Assembly (NCBI GenBank): GCA_031409275.1
Contig: JANNXA010000044.1
Coordinates: forward strand, 32,001 to 96,000
DNA from: Planctomycetota bacterium
Lineage (GTDB): Bacteria; Planctomycetota; B15-G4; SIAN01
Reading direction: 5' to 3'
Length of the DNA stretch: 64,000 nt
The notes beneath the pieces were generated by a model. It ran no database searches and was not told the DNA's origin. It saw only the letters and a program-made list of their open reading frames with translations. How positions within the stretch are numbered: position 1 is the first letter of the stretch; each line of letters starts with the position of its first letter. Made by a program: the position numbers and the translations under genes. Positions 9,468-21,588 of the stretch are shown here, in pieces.

Positions 9468-10316
9468 ATGGCGCTCCCGCTCTACGTGGTCGATGCATTC
9501 GCAGCGGAGCCGTACACCGGCGGGCCGGCCGGCGTGGTGCTGCTCGATCGACCGGCCGACGCGCGCTGGATGCAGCTCGTCGCGCGCGAGGTGAACCACG
9601 CCGAGACCGCTTTCGTCCATCCGGAGACGACGGCGGGCGGCGCCGCGTGGCGCCTGCGCTGGTTCACGCCGACTGTCGAAGTCGACCTCTGCGGCCACGC
9701 GACGCTCGCCGCCGCCCACGTCCTCTGGCAGAGCGGCCGAGTCGCCCCCACGTCGGCCGCGCGCTTCCTCACTCGCAGCGGCGAGCTGACGGCGCGGCGC
9801 GGCGACGCCGACGGTGCGATCGAGCTCGACTTCCCCGCGGAGCTGGCGCGCGAGGAGACGCCGCCCGCCGCGCTGCTACTCGCGCTGCGACTGCCGACAC
9901 CGCCGCGCTTCGTTGGCCGCAACCGCATGGACTGGCTGGTCGAGCTCGCCGAGCCCGACGCCGAAGCGACGCTGCGCGCGCTCGAGCCCGACCTCGCGCT
10001 GCTCGCGACGATCCCGACGCGCGGCGTGATCGTCACGTGCGCCGCGGCGCGCCAAGGGCCGATCGACTTCGTCTCGCGCTTCTTCGCCCCCGCCGCTGGC
10101 GTCCCCGAGGATCCGGTCACCGGCTCCGCCCACTGCGCGCTCGCCCCTCACTGGGCCGCGCGGTTGGGCCGCTCGACCCTCACCGGCTTCCAGGCGAGCG
10201 CGCGCGGCGGCACCGTCGGCGTCGAGCACCGCGGCGCGCGCGTCCTCCTGCGCGGCCGCGCCATCACGACGGTGAAGGGCGAGCTGCTGGCGGAGGAGTC
10301 GCGGGCGCCGGCGTGA
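9468..10316 (+). CDS. PhzF-family epimerase/isomerase
   Basis: VDAF...ETAF...LRWFTPTVEVDLCGHATLA...EDPVTGSAHC. Confidence 0.9.
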   Translation: MALPLYVVDAFAAEPYTGGPAGVVLLDRPADARWMQLVAREVNHAETAFVHPETTAGGAAWRLRWFTPTVEVDLCGHATLAAAHVLWQSGRVAPTSAARFLTRSGELTARRGDADGAIELDFPAELAREETPPAALLLALRLPTPPRFVGRNRMDWLVELAEPDAEATLRALEPDLALLATIPTRGVIVTCAAARQGPIDFVSRFFAPAAGVPEDPVTGSAHCALAPHWAARLGRSTLTGFQASARGGTVGVEHRGARVLLRGRAITTVKGELLAEESRAPA

Positions 10317-10376
10317 TGCAGCCTCCGCGCTCGCCGCGCCGGCGGTGGCTGGTCCACCGCCGCCGACGCCGGTCGC

Positions 10377-12947
<2,571 letters not shown>

Positions 12948-13007
12948 CGGTGAAAGCGAGCGGGGAGAGCCGCGCGCCGGATGGCGCGTGGCGAGAAGAG
13001 GTCGTGC

Positions 13008-13418
13008 TCAGTCGGGGTAGACGAAGGTGACCGGCCGTTCGATCGCCGGATTCACGCTGAGATGCACCGGGCAGGTGAGCGCCGCGTGCTCCAGCGCTGC
13101 GCGCGCCTCCTTCGGGAGGCCGGCGGGCAGTTCGAGGCGGATCGGCAGGCGGCCGATGCGTCGCTGCGGATCAGCGACCATCTCCTTCACGACGTGGCCG
13201 CGCGCACCTTCGAGCTTCCAGCCGTGGCGCTTCGCCACGATCCCCATGATCGAGAGCATGCAGGTGACGAGCGCCGTCGCCACGAGGTCGGTGGGCGAGA
13301 AGCTCTCCCCCAACCCTTGGTTGTCCTTCGGCGCATCGGTCGTGAGCTGCGTCCCCGACGGCCCATGCGTCGCCGTGCAACGCAGCCCGCCGACGTAGTC
13401 GACCTTGATCTCGACCAT
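13008..13418 (-). CDS. OsmC-family protein
   Basis: TDAPKDNQGLGESFSPTDLVATALVTC...TCPVHLS. Confidence 0.9.
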   Translation of the reverse strand: MVEIKVDYVGGLRCTATHGPSGTQLTTDAPKDNQGLGESFSPTDLVATALVTCMLSIMGIVAKRHGWKLEGARGHVVKEMVADPQRRIGRLPIRLELPAGLPKEARAALEHAALTCPVHLSVNPAIERPVTFVYPD

Positions 13419-13639
13419 GAACGCTTCTCACCCACGATGCCCCCGCTCGCCACGAATCGGGGCGCATGGGGAAGGCGGCGGAGGATAGCGGGACCCGAGG
13501 GCAAGCGGGGAGTGGGGAGGGCGAGGGGCGGGAGGTCACCCTTTCGCGATTGGTGACGTCTAGCGGTGACGAGGGGGAAGTCGATGCGCTTGACGATCGC
13601 TTCGGCCGCCGGCCCTCGACACGATCGGGTTCTATCGCC

Positions 13640-15133
13640 GTGACCTCGCCACTCCGGTTGCTGCTCGATACGAACGTGCTCATCCCTCTCGAGCCGACGA
13701 CGCTCGAGGCGGTGGAGGAGCTCTCCCGACCTGCGCTCGACTTCGTTCGTCGCGCCCAAGCGGGCGGCGCGAAGCTGCTGCTGCATCCCGCTCAACGCCG
13801 CGACCTCGCTCGCGATCCGGTGCGCGATCGACGCCTTCTCCGACAGCTCCAGTTGCGCCGCTACAGCGAGCTCGAGCATCCGCCGGGGATCCCCGCCACG
13901 GTGACGGCCGCATGCGGCGTCGCGCCGGTCGACTCGAACGACTGGGTCGATCATCTGTTGCTCGCGGCGGTGGTGCACAACGCGGTCGACTTCCTCGTGA
14001 CCGAGGATCGCGGCATCCACGCCAAGGCCCGGCGCCTTGCCGTCGCCGATCGGGTCCTCGGAATCGACGACGCCGCCGCTCTCCATCCTCCGGCCGAGAC
14101 GTTGCCCGGTCGCTTGCCGACGAGCGTCCGGCAGACCGTCGCGCACGAGCTCTCGATCGACGATCCGATCCTCGAGTCGTTTCGCCGGGACTACCCCAAG
14201 TTCGATTCCTGGTGGGCGAACTGCCAGAAGGAAGCGCGCACCACCTTCGTCATCGACGGCGACCAGCACGGGGTCGCCGGAATGGCCGTCGTGCACCCCG
14301 AGAGCGATTCACCGGGTGGCGTGACCGGCAGGCTGCTGAAGCTCTGCAGCTTCAAGATCAGCGAGCGATTCTCCGGACGAAGGCTCGGCGAGCTGCTGCT
14401 GAAGTCCGTCCTGCGCCATGCCCAAGAGCGGGATTTCGATCACTGCTTCGTCACCGTTTTCCCGAAGCACGCCGGCCTCATCGCGCTGTTCGAGGACTTC
14501 GGTTTCGAGGAACGCGGGGATTGGGGTGAACGCGGAGAGAAGTGGTTTGTGAAGCCGCTACGGGAAAACGCGGTGCCGCGGGACCGGCTGGAGGCCCTGA
14601 GCGCCTCCGACTTCCACGTCTTGCTCGGCCCCGACCATTTCCGCCGCGACGTGAAGTGGTACCTCGTGCCGATCCAGCCGCGCTACTCCGACATCCTGCT
14701 GCAGGAGACCGCCGCACAGGGGGCGCTGTTCGCCACGCAACTTCCGTTCGGCAATGCGCTGCGGAAGGCGTACCTCTGCAATGCACAGATCAAGTCGCTC
14801 GAGCCTGGCGACGTGCTCGCGTTCTATCGGAGCGGCTCACGACAAGGAGTGATCGCGCTCGGTGTTCTCGAACGATCGATCAGGACGGCGTCAACGGAGG
14901 TGATCCACCAACTCGTCGCTCGTCGAACGGTCTACTCCGCGGAGGAGATCGAGGCGAGGCCCGTGAAGCCGGTCCTCGTGCTGCTCTTCCGCCACGCGCA
15001 CACGTTCCATCCCGAGCTACCGGCCGACAAGGCAAAGGAAGCCAAGTTGTTCCGCTCCGCGCCGCAGTCCATCATGCGCCTCGGCGCGGAGGGGGTCCGA
15101 TGGATCGTCGAGCAGATGGCGAAGTTGCGCTGA
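13640..15133 (+). CDS. PIN domain + GNAT acetyltransferase + PUA/EVE-like domain fusion
   Basis: PIN LLLDTNVLI...DHLLL...FLVTEDRG; GNAT KLCSFKIS..FSGRRLGELLLK; C-terminal PIQPRY...KAYLCN...PGDVLAFYRS; start uncertain (13466 or 13640). Confidence 0.8.
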   Translation: MTSPLRLLLDTNVLIPLEPTTLEAVEELSRPALDFVRRAQAGGAKLLLHPAQRRDLARDPVRDRRLLRQLQLRRYSELEHPPGIPATVTAACGVAPVDSNDWVDHLLLAAVVHNAVDFLVTEDRGIHAKARRLAVADRVLGIDDAAALHPPAETLPGRLPTSVRQTVAHELSIDDPILESFRRDYPKFDSWWANCQKEARTTFVIDGDQHGVAGMAVVHPESDSPGGVTGRLLKLCSFKISERFSGRRLGELLLKSVLRHAQERDFDHCFVTVFPKHAGLIALFEDFGFEERGDWGERGEKWFVKPLRENAVPRDRLEALSASDFHVLLGPDHFRRDVKWYLVPIQPRYSDILLQETAAQGALFATQLPFGNALRKAYLCNAQIKSLEPGDVLAFYRSGSRQGVIALGVLERSIRTASTEVIHQLVARRTVYSAEEIEARPVKPVLVLLFRHAHTFHPELPADKAKEAKLFRSAPQSIMRLGAEGVRWIVEQMAKLR

Positions 15134-15552
15134 TCTCGGTCAAGCCCGAGTACGCCGAGCGGATCCTCGCGGGCAGCAAACAGGTCGAGTTCCGGCGCGC
15201 GGCGTTCGCCCGGAAGGTGACGCACCTCGTGCTCTACGCGACGAAGCCGACCGGTCGACTCGTCGCGCTCTGCGAGGTGTCGAGGGTGCATCGCGGCGCG
15301 CCCGCGGAGCTGTGGAAGAGCTTCGGTTCGGTCGGCGGGATCGGCGCCGATCGCTACTGGGCCTACTACCGCGGCGCGCCCCGCGCAGTGGCGATCGGCA
15401 TCGCTTCCGTGCGGCGTCTCGCGGAGGGGCTCACGCTGCGCGATCTCGGCATCGTCGGGCCGCCACCACAGAGCTACCGCTACGTCGATCGCGCACGAGC
15501 GGAACGGCTGCTGACGACCCCACCCAGGACCGGAGCGGTCGAAGGACGGTGA
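15100..15552 (+). CDS. ASCH (PUA-like) domain protein
   Basis: LISVKPEYAERILAGSKQVEFRR...LYATKP...PPQSYRY; overlaps the upstream gene by 34 bp. Confidence 0.85.
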   Translation: MDRRADGEVALISVKPEYAERILAGSKQVEFRRAAFARKVTHLVLYATKPTGRLVALCEVSRVHRGAPAELWKSFGSVGGIGADRYWAYYRGAPRAVAIGIASVRRLAEGLTLRDLGIVGPPPQSYRYVDRARAERLLTTPPRTGAVEGR

Positions 15553-15653
15553 CTTCCCGACGGCCGCGCGATGCGCGCGTGGCGGTAGCGTGACGACCAC
15601 CGTGCGCCCCACTGCGTTACGCCGCTTCGCTTCGTCCTGAGGAGCCCCTGCTG

Positions 15654-16454
15654 ATGCCCGACCGCCGCGCCTTCTCCGTCGCGATCTTCGCGCGCCATCG
15701 CGGACGAGTACTGCTGATCCATCACAAGCGGCTCGCGACGTGGCTGCCGGTCGGCGGTGAGGTCGAGGCGGGGGAGACGCCGCTCGAGGCGGCGCGGCGC
15801 GAGCTGCGTGAAGAGACGGGGCTTGAAGGCGAGTTCGTCGAGGCGACCGGCACGACGCGCGTGACCGGCACGCCAGCCGGTCTGCTCGCCTACGAGGAGC
15901 ACGCGGCGGGCAGCAAGGGGCTGCATATGAACTTCTGTTTCGTCGCCGACGTCGCGAGCGAGCGGATCGTCAGCGACGACTCGTTCGGCGACCATCGCTG
16001 GGTCGACTCAACCGCGGGGATCGATTGCCCGCCGAACGTGCGCGAGCTGGTGACGATGGCGCTCGCAGCGCCGACAACCGCGAGCGCGGAGGGTCGCGCT
16101 TCGCTGGTCGCGCTCACTCGCGCCTGGCTCGCCGCGTTCAACGCGCGGCAGCTCGAACCGCTGCTGGCGCTGTACGACAACGACGCACGCCACTTCAGCC
16201 CGAAGCTGCTGGCGCGCCGGCCCGAGACGAAGGGGCTGGTCGTCGGCAAGCAGGCGCTGCGCGATTGGTGGGCCGACTGTTTCGAGCGACTGCCCGGTCT
16301 CCACTACCAGGAACGAACCATTGCAACGTCGACCGACGGCCGCGTGCTTCTCGAGTACGAGCGGACGGCGCCGGGCGAGGCGCCGCTGGCGGTCGCCGAG
16401 GCCTTCACGGTGAGGGCGGGTCGCATCGTCGAATCGCGCGTCTACCACGGCTGA
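15654..16454 (+). CDS. NUDIX hydrolase fused to a SnoaL/NTF2-like domain
   Basis: Nudix box GGEVEAGETPLEAARRELREETG; C-terminal WLAAFNARQLEPLLALY...SRVYHG. Confidence 0.85.
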   Translation: MPDRRAFSVAIFARHRGRVLLIHHKRLATWLPVGGEVEAGETPLEAARRELREETGLEGEFVEATGTTRVTGTPAGLLAYEEHAAGSKGLHMNFCFVADVASERIVSDDSFGDHRWVDSTAGIDCPPNVRELVTMALAAPTTASAEGRASLVALTRAWLAAFNARQLEPLLALYDNDARHFSPKLLARRPETKGLVVGKQALRDWWADCFERLPGLHYQERTIATSTDGRVLLEYERTAPGEAPLAVAEAFTVRAGRIVESRVYHG

Positions 16455-16491
16455 TCCGCAGCGGACGATGTCACATCGTTACGCTCGCGAC

Positions 16492-17355
16492 ATGGTTCGC
16501 TTCGCCGTCGCTCTCGTCACCTCGCTGCTGCTGATCCGTTGCAGCGGCTCCACCGCCAGCTCGGCCGCTGGCTCGGCGGCACCCACGACCATCGAGTTTC
16601 GGGTGATGAGCTGCAACGTCCGCTACGGCACCGCCGACGACGGACCCGACGCGTGGCCGCTGCGCTGCGAAGCGCTGGCCGATGCCATCACCGCCACCGC
16701 GCCCGACGTGCTCGGCGTGCAGGAGGCGCTCGACTTCCAGGTCGAGTTCCTGGCGCGACGACTGCCCCACCATCGCCGCGTCGGGCAAGGGCGTGACGGC
16801 GGCGCGCTCGGCGAGCACGCGGCGCTCTTCCTCGATGAACGCCTCTTCGAACTGCGCGACCACGGCGACTTCTGGTGGAGCGAGACGCCCGACGTGGTCG
16901 CGTCGGTCGGCTGGGACGCGGCGCTGACGCGGATCTGCACGTGGGCGCGTCTGCGCGTGCGTGCGACCGGTCGCGAACTCCACGTCTGGAACACCCACTT
17001 CGACCACCGCGGCGAGCAGGCGCGACTCGAGAGCGCGCGCCTCATCGCGCGCCGGATCGCAGCGACCGCGGGTCCGCACCTCGTGCTGGGCGATCTCAAC
17101 TGCGGCGAGACGAGCGCACCGCTCGCCGCGCTGCGAGCGGCCGGCCTGCGCGACACCTTCCGCGATCGCCACCCCGACACGACCGTCGTCGGCACGTTCC
17201 ACGCGTTCCGCGGCACCACCACCGGCGACAAGATCGACTACGTGCTGGTCGATCGCGGCTTCGAGACGCTCGCCGCCGAACTGCTCACCGCCCCCGCCGC
17301 GAACGGCCGCTGGCCGAGTGACCACCACTTCGTCACGGCGACGCTGCGCTGCTGA
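16492..17355 (+). CDS. Endonuclease/exonuclease/phosphatase (EEP) family exported protein
   Basis: SCNVRY, GVQE, NTHFDH, GDLN, IDY, SDH motifs; hydrophobic N-terminus with Cys (possible lipoprotein). Confidence 0.9.
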   Translation: MVRFAVALVTSLLLIRCSGSTASSAAGSAAPTTIEFRVMSCNVRYGTADDGPDAWPLRCEALADAITATAPDVLGVQEALDFQVEFLARRLPHHRRVGQGRDGGALGEHAALFLDERLFELRDHGDFWWSETPDVVASVGWDAALTRICTWARLRVRATGRELHVWNTHFDHRGEQARLESARLIARRIAATAGPHLVLGDLNCGETSAPLAALRAAGLRDTFRDRHPDTTVVGTFHAFRGTTTGDKIDYVLVDRGFETLAAELLTAPAANGRWPSDHHFVTATLRC

Positions 17356-17382
17356 CGCGACGCGACGGCGCGCTCCGACTCG

Positions 17383-17976
17383 CTACGAACTCGCCGGCTC
17401 GAGCCGCTGCGGGACGCCCGCGTCGTCGAGGACCAGGATGCGCGTCGACGGCGGGAGGTCGCGTCCGGAGAAGGCGCGCACGACGCGGAAGCGGTGGGCG
17501 TCGCGGCGGTCGGGCTCGACGGTCAGCAGCGGATCGTGATCGGCGCCCAAGAGCGCGCGCACGTCGGCTGCGCTGCGCAGCGCGAGCCGCTCGGCGGCCG
17601 CGAAGGCGACGAGATCGTCGGGAAGGAAGAGGTCGTAGAGGTGCGCGTCGCCGACGCGCGCGAGGAGGTAGCGATCCTCGAGCAGGGCGCCCGCGGCGTC
17701 GGGGTGGTTCGGATCGCAGACGGCGTGGAAATGGAAGAGGGTGACGCCTTCGGGCACCGCGACGCGCGCGCGCAGGAAGTCGAGCCTCGGCGAGCGCTCC
17801 TCCGACCAGCCGACGCAGCGCGTGTAGTGCGGCCGCTTGGCCCACTCGGCGAGCGTGCGACACGCGTCGATGAAGCGGTCGCTCACGGGCCGCGCTGGCG
17901 CGGGCTCTTGCGCACCCGGCCGGCTGCAGGCGGCGAACACCAGGAGCAGCATCAACTGCATCAAGAGCCTCGGCAT
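17383..17976 (-). CDS. Hypothetical lipoprotein
   Basis: MPRLLMQLMLLLVFAAC lipobox; GGAG RBS upstream. Confidence 0.6.
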   Translation of the reverse strand: MPRLLMQLMLLLVFAACSRPGAQEPAPARPVSDRFIDACRTLAEWAKRPHYTRCVGWSEERSPRLDFLRARVAVPEGVTLFHFHAVCDPNHPDAAGALLEDRYLLARVGDAHLYDLFLPDDLVAFAAAERLALRSAADVRALLGADHDPLLTVEPDRRDAHRFRVVRAFSGRDLPPSTRILVLDDAGVPQRLEPASS

Positions 17977-18102
17977 GGTGGCGCTCCGGCGCGGGGCAAA
18001 GCAGCGACGGCGTCCATCTTCGGCGCGACGGGGTGCGACCGCTGTATCGGCAACGTATCGAAACCGCCGGCGCAGGGCAGCGCGCGAGCTCGCGCCGCTC
18101 GC

Positions 18103-18870
18103 CTACTTCACCAGCCCCGCGGCTTCGACCGCGCGGCAGTACTTGCTCATGCGCTGCAGCTCGACGTTGTGGGAGTTGAGCGCGGCGCAGAGCCAGCTCG
18201 GCAGGATGCGGTCGAACTTCACTTCGAGCACGCACCACTCGGGCGGCATGAACCACTTGCCACGGGTCGGGTCGCCGCGCAGAGAGAAGTCGTGGGTGCG
18301 CCACTTGAGGTTGCGGTCGAGCGTGATGCGAAGGTCGCGGCGCCACGCGTCGAAGAAGGCGGCGCGGTTGTAGCTGACGATGACCTTTGGTTGCAGCCGC
18401 TCGCGCTTGGCCAGCACGTAGACCTCATCGAGGACCGAGTCGCCTGCCTCGTAGTGGCCGGCGCAGATCGCGCGGATGCGCTCCTCCGCCTGCGCCACCG
18501 GCAGGATCGAGCGTCGCTTGGCGACGCCGAGGTTCAGGCGCTGCTTGATCTCGATGAAGGCGTCGGGCGCATCGGCGCCGTAGGTGCGCACGCGCACCTT
18601 GCGGCGGAACTTCTCGCCGTCGAGCTTCTCCCAGTAGGCGTCGAACCCTGGCGAATCGAGGTAGAGCGAGGTGACCTTGTAGAAGCCGTCCGCTCCGGCG
18701 TTGGCGTCGCGCTTCACGTACGGCTCGATGGTGTCCAGCACCGCCTGCGCCTGCCGGTGATGCAGCACGTACTTCAACTCGTAGCGGTCGAAGCGCAGCT
18801 CGACGCCGCGCTTGGCCGCGGTGACCGGCGCCGCTTCGCTGCTCCCCGTCGACGACGGCAGCGCGCTCAT
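18103..18870 (-). CDS. VTC (polyphosphate polymerase, CYTH-like) domain protein
   Basis: RYELKY, YKVTSLYLDS, RRKVRVRTY, FIEIKQR, RITLD, VLEVKF, MSKYC; ATGA overlap with the upstream gene. Confidence 0.9.
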   Translation of the reverse strand: MSALPSSTGSSEAAPVTAAKRGVELRFDRYELKYVLHHRQAQAVLDTIEPYVKRDANAGADGFYKVTSLYLDSPGFDAYWEKLDGEKFRRKVRVRTYGADAPDAFIEIKQRLNLGVAKRRSILPVAQAEERIRAICAGHYEAGDSVLDEVYVLAKRERLQPKVIVSYNRAAFFDAWRRDLRITLDRNLKWRTHDFSLRGDPTRGKWFMPPEWCVLEVKFDRILPSWLCAALNSHNVELQRMSKYCRAVEAAGLVK

Positions 18871-21587
18871 GGCGTCCCCTCCACGGCCGGCTTCACCACG
18901 AGGCCCGCGCCCTTGCTCTTCTTCGGCAGCGAGAACTTGCCTTCGGTGACGCACGCCTCGAGCGTCAACGTCGACTCGGCGTCGATCTTCACGTCGGTCT
19001 TGTTGCCGCGCAGCGTGCAGCGCACCAGATGGCCGAGCCCGCCGCCTTCGTAGCGCCAGTTCTTGTCGTACGACGCCACGCCGGTCAGGCACTCCTCGAC
19101 GATCGTGTCGCGGATGCGCGGATCGGAGCCGTCCTTGATGCCGATGCCCGTGACACAACCCGCGAAGCGGCAATCGGAGAGCTCCGGGAACGAGCCCTCG
19201 CCGATCGAGATGCCCTTGTCGCCCGCCCCCACCACGGTCAGCCGCTCGACGTCGACGCGACCGGTCATCATGTCGAGCCCGTCGTTCAGCGGCCGCAGCA
19301 CCGTGATGTCGCGGATGGTGCCCTGGCACAGGTCGAAGTCGATGGCGTCGGCGATCGCGTCCTCGACGCGCACGCGCTCGAAAAGGACGTCATGGCACTT
19401 GCCGAGTCGCACCGTGTCGTCGCCGAGCAGGTTCGCTGCGAAGAAGCTGTCGCGCACGACCAGTCGATCGACGAGGTGCACCGAGAACATCCCGGAGTAG
19501 TAGAGGTAGCCGACGGTCGCTTCCGACCCGCCCACCATCGACACGTGGTCGAGCACGCTGCCATCGCAGCCGTGTCCTTGCAGCGCGATCACCCCGTACG
19601 GCTGCGCGGGATCGAGCCGCTCGAAACGCACGTCGCGCCAATCGACGCGCGACTGCAGCTGCAGCGAGACGCCCGGCCCGAGCTTCACCACGCTCCCGGC
19701 CGCGATCGAGAGCGACTCGCGCGGCCCGAGCTGCAGCGTCTCCTTCACTTCGACGACACCGCTCCATTCGAGCTGCCGCGGCGTCGGCGGCTCGGCGCGC
19801 CGCCAAGGGTGCACCGACTCGACGGCGAGGAAGCCGTTGGGCGCTCCCTCGTGCACTTCGATCGCGCCGCTGCCCACGGTTCGCTCGGCGCCGATGCCCA
19901 GGAGCCGCGGCAGCGCCGCATCGCCCACGCGCAGCAGGAACGGGCTCTCGAGCGCGGCGAGGCGCGTGAACTCGCGATGCTGCGAGAAGGTGTCCTGTCC
20001 CTCGGACGGCCGTTGCTGGTACGACGCGGTGAAGTCGCGCCCTGCCGGCAGCAGCACCGACGGATCGTCGAGGAGCAGTCGATGGCCTTCGACATGCGCC
20101 GCCACACGGCGATCCCCGAGGCTGATCGCGCCGTTGAAGTCGCGGTCCTCGTAGAGGTCGAACGCGGGCGGCGCCGTCTCGAAATCGAGCGCGACGAGGC
20201 GCAGCGACGCGACGGCGGTGGCGTGGAGGCGCAGGCGCGCGACGCCGTCGATCGGCGCGGCCTGCGCGAACGCGAGCTCCGCCACGGCGTGCTGCTGGCG
20301 GACCGTCTGGTGGCGCTCCTCGATCTTGCGGCGCACGCCGCGGAAGGCGAGTTCGAGCCAGCGGTCGAGCGACACGCTGGCGCGACGCAACGCCTGCTCG
20401 GCGCGATCGAGCACGGCGAGCTGCACGCGCGGCGTCGCTTCGCTGGCGAGCTGCGTGTCGATCAGCGCCGCCACCCGATCGAGGAAACGGGGGTCCTGCG
20501 CCAGTCGCAGGAAGAGGCGACTGGCCGTCGTCTCGACGCCCTGGCCCGCCGGCATGTTGAGCAGCGGATTCCACAGGTAGCCGGAGAGCTTTCCGGCCAG
20601 CAGGTCGAGGCCGATCTTCTGGTTGTGCGAAAGGTCGACGTGCTGGTCACCGTGGTAGCAGAGGATCGCGTAGTAGAGGGCGAAGCTCGGATCGAGCAGC
20701 GAGTCGAGCGCATCGAGTCCGTCAGGAGCTGGATTCGCCGTCGCATCCAGCAGGTCGGAGAGCCACGGCCGCCACGACTCGGGGTACTTGTTCCAGCGCG
20801 CTTCCTTCTCCCACAAGTAGGGATTCCACGACAGCTCCCACGACGAGGAGGAGGGCACGTCGGGCACGAAGAGCTCGCCGTAAAAGAGGTCGCCGGGCAT
20901 CTCGCCGACGCGACGCAGGAACGATTCGTCGACCTGCTCTTCCAGCAGGTAGACGCCCTCGTCCTCGAGGTTCACGTAGAGATGGACCAGACGCGTGAGC
21001 GGCGCCGGCAGACCGTGCGCGCGCGCCAGCTCGAAGGTGATGAGGCTCGCGAGGCGGTCTTCGAGCGGCGTCAGGTTCAGCACGCGCTGTCCGCCGACGA
21101 ACTCGCGTTTCTTGGTGCGCAGCTTCCATGACTTGCGCGCGAAGAAGTAGTTCTCCATGCGCTGGCCGCGCCAGTTGGCGTCGACCTCGAAGTTCTGGTC
21201 GCCGTTCACCGTCAGCACGCCGCGCTGCTTCGCGCGCGCCGATTCGGGGAGGTCGGCGGCGAGCGCGTCGATCGAGCTGCCGTCGACGCGCAGGTCGTAG
21301 ACGTCGACGCCGTCGTCCGGGGCCGCGGCGTCGACCGCGATCGCCGGCACCGGCCGCTTGAGCGGCAGGAAGCGGCGCGAGCGCGAGCCGAAGACGTCGC
21401 GAATCGAACGCTGCACCATCGTCCGCAGCGTGCCGACGCGCAGGTCGCGCACCAGTTCGCCGTGGAAATTGCGGATCTCTGCGTTCCAGAAGCTGCCGAG
21501 CGCGGCGATCCACAGCCACACCGACACCGCCAGGAACGGCAGCGTCAGCAGCACGACGTCGCGCAGCAGGTTCCGGGAGCGACGCAT
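18867..21587 (-). CDS. Membrane-anchored CotH-kinase-like protein with C-terminal right-handed beta-helix
   Basis: N-terminal TM; KSWKL, LYVNLEDEGVYLLEEQVDESFL, GDQH..SHN; beta-helix repeats DAIDFD...DGLDMM...DKGISIGE...GIGIKDGS. Confidence 0.8.
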   Translation of the reverse strand: MRRSRNLLRDVVLLTLPFLAVSVWLWIAALGSFWNAEIRNFHGELVRDLRVGTLRTMVQRSIRDVFGSRSRRFLPLKRPVPAIAVDAAAPDDGVDVYDLRVDGSSIDALAADLPESARAKQRGVLTVNGDQNFEVDANWRGQRMENYFFARKSWKLRTKKREFVGGQRVLNLTPLEDRLASLITFELARAHGLPAPLTRLVHLYVNLEDEGVYLLEEQVDESFLRRVGEMPGDLFYGELFVPDVPSSSSWELSWNPYLWEKEARWNKYPESWRPWLSDLLDATANPAPDGLDALDSLLDPSFALYYAILCYHGDQHVDLSHNQKIGLDLLAGKLSGYLWNPLLNMPAGQGVETTASRLFLRLAQDPRFLDRVAALIDTQLASEATPRVQLAVLDRAEQALRRASVSLDRWLELAFRGVRRKIEERHQTVRQQHAVAELAFAQAAPIDGVARLRLHATAVASLRLVALDFETAPPAFDLYEDRDFNGAISLGDRRVAAHVEGHRLLLDDPSVLLPAGRDFTASYQQRPSEGQDTFSQHREFTRLAALESPFLLRVGDAALPRLLGIGAERTVGSGAIEVHEGAPNGFLAVESVHPWRRAEPPTPRQLEWSGVVEVKETLQLGPRESLSIAAGSVVKLGPGVSLQLQSRVDWRDVRFERLDPAQPYGVIALQGHGCDGSVLDHVSMVGGSEATVGYLYYSGMFSVHLVDRLVVRDSFFAANLLGDDTVRLGKCHDVLFERVRVEDAIADAIDFDLCQGTIRDITVLRPLNDGLDMMTGRVDVERLTVVGAGDKGISIGEGSFPELSDCRFAGCVTGIGIKDGSDPRIRDTIVEECLTGVASYDKNWRYEGGGLGHLVRCTLRGNKTDVKIDAESTLTLEACVTEGKFSLPKKSKGAGLVVKPAVEGTP

Positions 21588-21588
21588 C

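Noticed and set aside
9468..10316. PhzF homologue as evidence of phenazine biosynthesis
   Set aside because: No other phz genes nearby; stand-alone PhzF-like epimerases are widespread
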